Source: Bdellovibrio sp.
GTDB taxonomy: Bacteria; Bdellovibrionota; Bdellovibrionia; Bdellovibrionales; Bdellovibrionaceae
DNA length: 10,201 bases
NCBI GenBank assembly: GCA_046318155.1
Contig: JBKCUU010000080.1
Location: 1-10,201 of the forward strand
Direction of reading: 5' to 3'
The notes beneath the pieces were generated by a model. That model was not told the origin of the DNA. It saw only the letters and a list, made by a program, of their open reading frames with translations, and did not search any database. This document shows, one piece after another, positions 7,526 to 10,201 of the stretch (within the stretch, counting starts at the first letter, position 1; every line of letters begins with the position of its first letter). The translations under genes and the position numbers were made by a program.

Positions 7526-8498
7526 GCGATTTTTCAAGGTACGCGAGGCCGGCTTTTCGTTGGTCGAAGTTCTGGTTGCAGTCATGCTTCTGGGCGGCGT
7601 GACGGTGATTGTTGGTGGCGGGGTCACAGATTTCTTCAATCGAAAGACACGTCTTGATGTGAATCAGAATTTAACAAAAGCTCTTCAGGAGATATCGGCG
7701 CAATTGCGTCAGCCCGGCGCATTTGAGCGGATCAAAGCCGCAAATTCAAGTGCCTTCGATTGCCTCAAGACGGTCCCAGAAAACTGCTACGGCGTGTCCG
7801 ACCGGCTTCTTGAAGTGGTGGACTCTTCAAACAAGGCAATGGCCTTAACGAACACGTCTCCTCTGCGCGGGTTAACCCCCGCGGCACAGCCTTGCGATGA
7901 CTTCGACGCGAATTCAGAGTCAAAGGCTTGCCCGTTTAAGTTTCGAGTGACTTGGTCCGCTGTTTGTTTGGCAAACCCCTGTCCCAATCCGACGGTGGTC
8001 GTCAAAGTTGGGTTGGTGCGAAACAAGTCAAGTTCGGCGGGTGAATTGAACGAGTCCCGCTTTCAAGTCACGGAATCATATCGCCAGCTTTCAACAAGGC
8101 CGGAATTGATTTGCCAAGGCCAGGGTGCGGTCTATGACGTGTTGACAAAAAAATGCCTGACACCGTCCACCTTTAACTCGGGCTGCCCGTCGGGCCAGTA
8201 CATGAAGGGTTTTGCAACGACCGGGTCAGCCAGGTGCGTCTCGTTTCCGTCCCAACCGAAGTGCCCCGTTGGCCAAGTTTTGCGAAGAATCAACGCGGAT
8301 GGGACGATCGTCTGCGCGGATGGGTGCGTGAGCCAAGTCCTGGGGTCAAAAATGCGTTGTCTACCCCCTTCAACATCACCTGATCCAATCGGCCCTCAGG
8401 TCTGGAGTCTGTTTAATCGCGGCCTTGTAACAAAACAGCAGGTGGCGAGCGGAAAGACGGGAAAGTGCACATGTCAAGCAACCGCAACTTGTTTTTAA
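7512..8498 (+). CDS. Type IV prepilin-like protein 1 (328 aa, 17 Cys)
   Basis: GAGGA at 7499-7503 precedes ATG 7512, which I prefer over 7470. Class III signal MMKNKRFFKVREAG|FSLVEVLVAVMLL has G-1, F+1, E+5 and a hydrophobic helix. Overlaps the thioredoxin stop by 14 nt. Confidence 0.88.
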   Translation: MMKNKRFFKVREAGFSLVEVLVAVMLLGGVTVIVGGGVTDFFNRKTRLDVNQNLTKALQEISAQLRQPGAFERIKAANSSAFDCLKTVPENCYGVSDRLLEVVDSSNKAMALTNTSPLRGLTPAAQPCDDFDANSESKACPFKFRVTWSAVCLANPCPNPTVVVKVGLVRNKSSSAGELNESRFQVTESYRQLSTRPELICQGQGAVYDVLTKKCLTPSTFNSGCPSGQYMKGFATTGSARCVSFPSQPKCPVGQVLRRINADGTIVCADGCVSQVLGSKMRCLPPSTSPDPIGPQVWSLFNRGLVTKQQVASGKTGKCTCQATATCF

Positions 8499-9331
8499 AC
8501 CAAAAAGTGCACTCGAAGGAACGGGGCGCAGCTTTGGTCTACGTCTTGGTTTTGGCTGGGATCTTCGTCGGGGTCGGCGTGACTCTGGCCTATGGATTTG
8601 TCACGAACGCCCGGAACCAAAAAATGTCGCGTCTTCGTACAGTCTCGTCCCAGATTGTCGGGAATATCGAGGCGGCGCTTCTTAATGATGCTTCGCTCAA
8701 GGCGACCATTGACGGAAACGCGAGTCTTTCTTGTCTGAGAGCGACGGGTGGAGATTGTTCCTCGGCAACAAAAGGCGAAATTGCTGTTCTTTTGGCCGAT
8801 GCTTCCGTCTTATCGAGTCTCTCGCCGTCATTTGGATATAATTTGTTGGGGCAGCCGTGCAATGCTTATTCAGAGTCGAGTCCCGATGCGAGCTGTGTAT
8901 TTAGGACGACGGTTTCTTGGGACTGCGATGGCGTCTGCGAGCTCACAAATATTCCCTCTGCGGGTGGTCCTTTAGCGAAACCAACGAAACCAGCGCTTAA
9001 GTTTCGCATTCAAATCCGACAAAGCTCGAAGCCTTCTTTGATGATGCCCTTTTTGAACACGGACAAGCTTGCAGTTGATTTTTTACGACGAGATGCTCTC
9101 GATTCGCTTGAATCTGGTTGCTTCAAAATGGGCGGACATCTCAATGCGGAAGGTCGTTGTAGTCTTTCGCAATCGATTGCTCGGTGCGGACGTTGGGAGT
9201 TTTTGTCGAGGTATGATGAGAACGGTGAAATTGAATGCCAGGCGATGCCAGCTTGGAACACGCGCTGCCCCCCGGGGAATGCCGCTGTCGGTATCAACAC
9301 GCGAGGGGAGTTTGAATGCTTTATGTATTGA
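8471..9331 (+). CDS. Type IV prepilin-like protein 2 with PilX/GspK-type N-terminus (286 aa, 12 Cys)
   Basis: KERG|AALVYVLVLAGIF has G-1 and a hydrophobic helix but no E+5, as in PilX/GspK. The Cys scaffold is collinear with its neighbours. Start ATG 8471 is preferred; GTG 8465 or 8507 are possible. Confidence 0.82.
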   Translation: MSSNRNLFLNQKVHSKERGAALVYVLVLAGIFVGVGVTLAYGFVTNARNQKMSRLRTVSSQIVGNIEAALLNDASLKATIDGNASLSCLRATGGDCSSATKGEIAVLLADASVLSSLSPSFGYNLLGQPCNAYSESSPDASCVFRTTVSWDCDGVCELTNIPSAGGPLAKPTKPALKFRIQIRQSSKPSLMMPFLNTDKLAVDFLRRDALDSLESGCFKMGGHLNAEGRCSLSQSIARCGRWEFLSRYDENGEIECQAMPAWNTRCPPGNAAVGINTRGEFECFMY

Positions 9332-10201
9332 ACGACAGGCGCGGGTTCTCATTGGTAGAAATTTTGGTCTCTCTTGGCCTGCTCGGGATCCTGATCACCG
9401 GCGGGGCGACCGTCCTTGTCACTGGGCAAAAAATGGCGGGGGCTGTGCAAGCTTCGACGGTTGTCGAACAGTATCAAAGTCGCATAAGTGCGGCGCTCAA
9501 AAGCAACGGGGCGCTTGAATTGATGGCCACCGCGAACAGTTGGGCTTGTCTCAAAACACGCAATGGAAGCGATTGTCCCTCTCTGGCTCCGAATACCGAA
9601 CAACCCCTGACCATCGTCGAGGGGAACGGGACAGTTCTCGCCAAAGCCGATGGATCGGTGGGCTTTACCGTGGGTGGTGTCGCGTGCTCACCTTTTGGTG
9701 GGGACAGCTGCCCCTACCGGTACCAGGTTTTTTTGACAAAAATCTGTCACTCCGCCTCTTGTTCTTCCGCCCAGTTTTTGGTGCGAGGCTTGCTCACCGA
9801 TTTTTATGGTGCGGCATTTTCAACGTCGTGGGCGCCCGACAGTGGTTTTCGTCTGATTCTAGGGCCTGTTGTTTTGACGTCCGAATCTCTCTGTCTCGCC
9901 ATGAACGGGATCGTGGATCCCGTGACGGGAAATTGCACTCTTGCCTTGGGGGCAGATTGTCCGGATGGACAAAAAATTGTCGGGATTAGTGCATCGACGA
10001 ATACGATTGAGTGCTCCCCGCTCTACGAGGGTGGACCCTATGAATGCCTCGACGACGAAAAACTTTCGATCGATGAGAACGGGAACGTGCGTTGTTCGCC
10101 GCTCAACTGCTCGATATCTTATGTGCCCCCTTGCTATATTGATCCTTCGATGTGCGCCACGGTCAATCCGATTTGCGTGAACCCTCCATGCGGGGATACC
10201 C
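9316..10201 (+). CDS. Type IV prepilin-like protein 3 (3'-partial, at least 295 aa, at least 17 Cys); absent from the ORF track
   Basis: SD GAGGGGAG at 9303-9310 precedes ATG 9316: MLYVLNDRRG|FSLVEILVSLGLLGILITGG. Hand translation of frame 1 shows no stop up to the window end (...ICVNPPCGDT). Overlaps the previous stop by 16 nt. Confidence 0.9.
   Translation, partial: MLYVLNDRRGFSLVEILVSLGLLGILITGGATVLVTGQKMAGAVQASTVVEQYQSRISAALKSNGALELMATANSWACLKTRNGSDCPSLAPNTEQPLTIVEGNGTVLAKADGSVGFTVGGVACSPFGGDSCPYRYQVFLTKICHSASCSSAQFLVRGLLTDFYGAAFSTSWAPDSGFRLILGPVVLTSESLCLAMNGIVDPVTGNCTLALGADCPDGQKIVGISASTNTIECSPLYEGGPYECLDDEKLSIDENGNVRCSPLNCSISYVPPCYIDPSMCATVNPICVNPPCGDT

Noticed and set aside
9069..10180. 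Track ORFs 9069-9518, 9540-9989, 9941-10180 and the minus-strand ORFs here
   Set aside because: They are alternative-frame shadows of prepilins 2 and 3.

Overview
Bacterial chromosomal window. The gene order and the Cys-rich prepilins suggest Bdellovibrionota or a similar lineage, but that is inference and was not searched. The left part is housekeeping: the 3' end of lptA, then lptB and rpoN. Next is a ~175-bp REP/REPIN-like palindromic element with a perfect 44-bp inverted repeat, lying between the convergent rpoN and potD genes. A polyamine ABC locus follows: potD is divergent from potA-potB with only 36 bp between starts, potB loses homology right after its EAA motif, and no potC is present. 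The right part looks accessory: an HTTM-domain membrane protein is divergent from an overlapping operon of a secreted CXXC thioredoxin-fold protein and at least three paralogous Cys-rich type IV prepilin-like proteins. The third prepilin (9316 to window end) is missing from the supplied ORF track. The best candidates for novelty are (1) the pilin array + thiol-disulfide oxidoreductase + HTTM cassette, and (2) the palindromic element, around which both flanking genes show a local plus-strand G/T skew at wobble positions.
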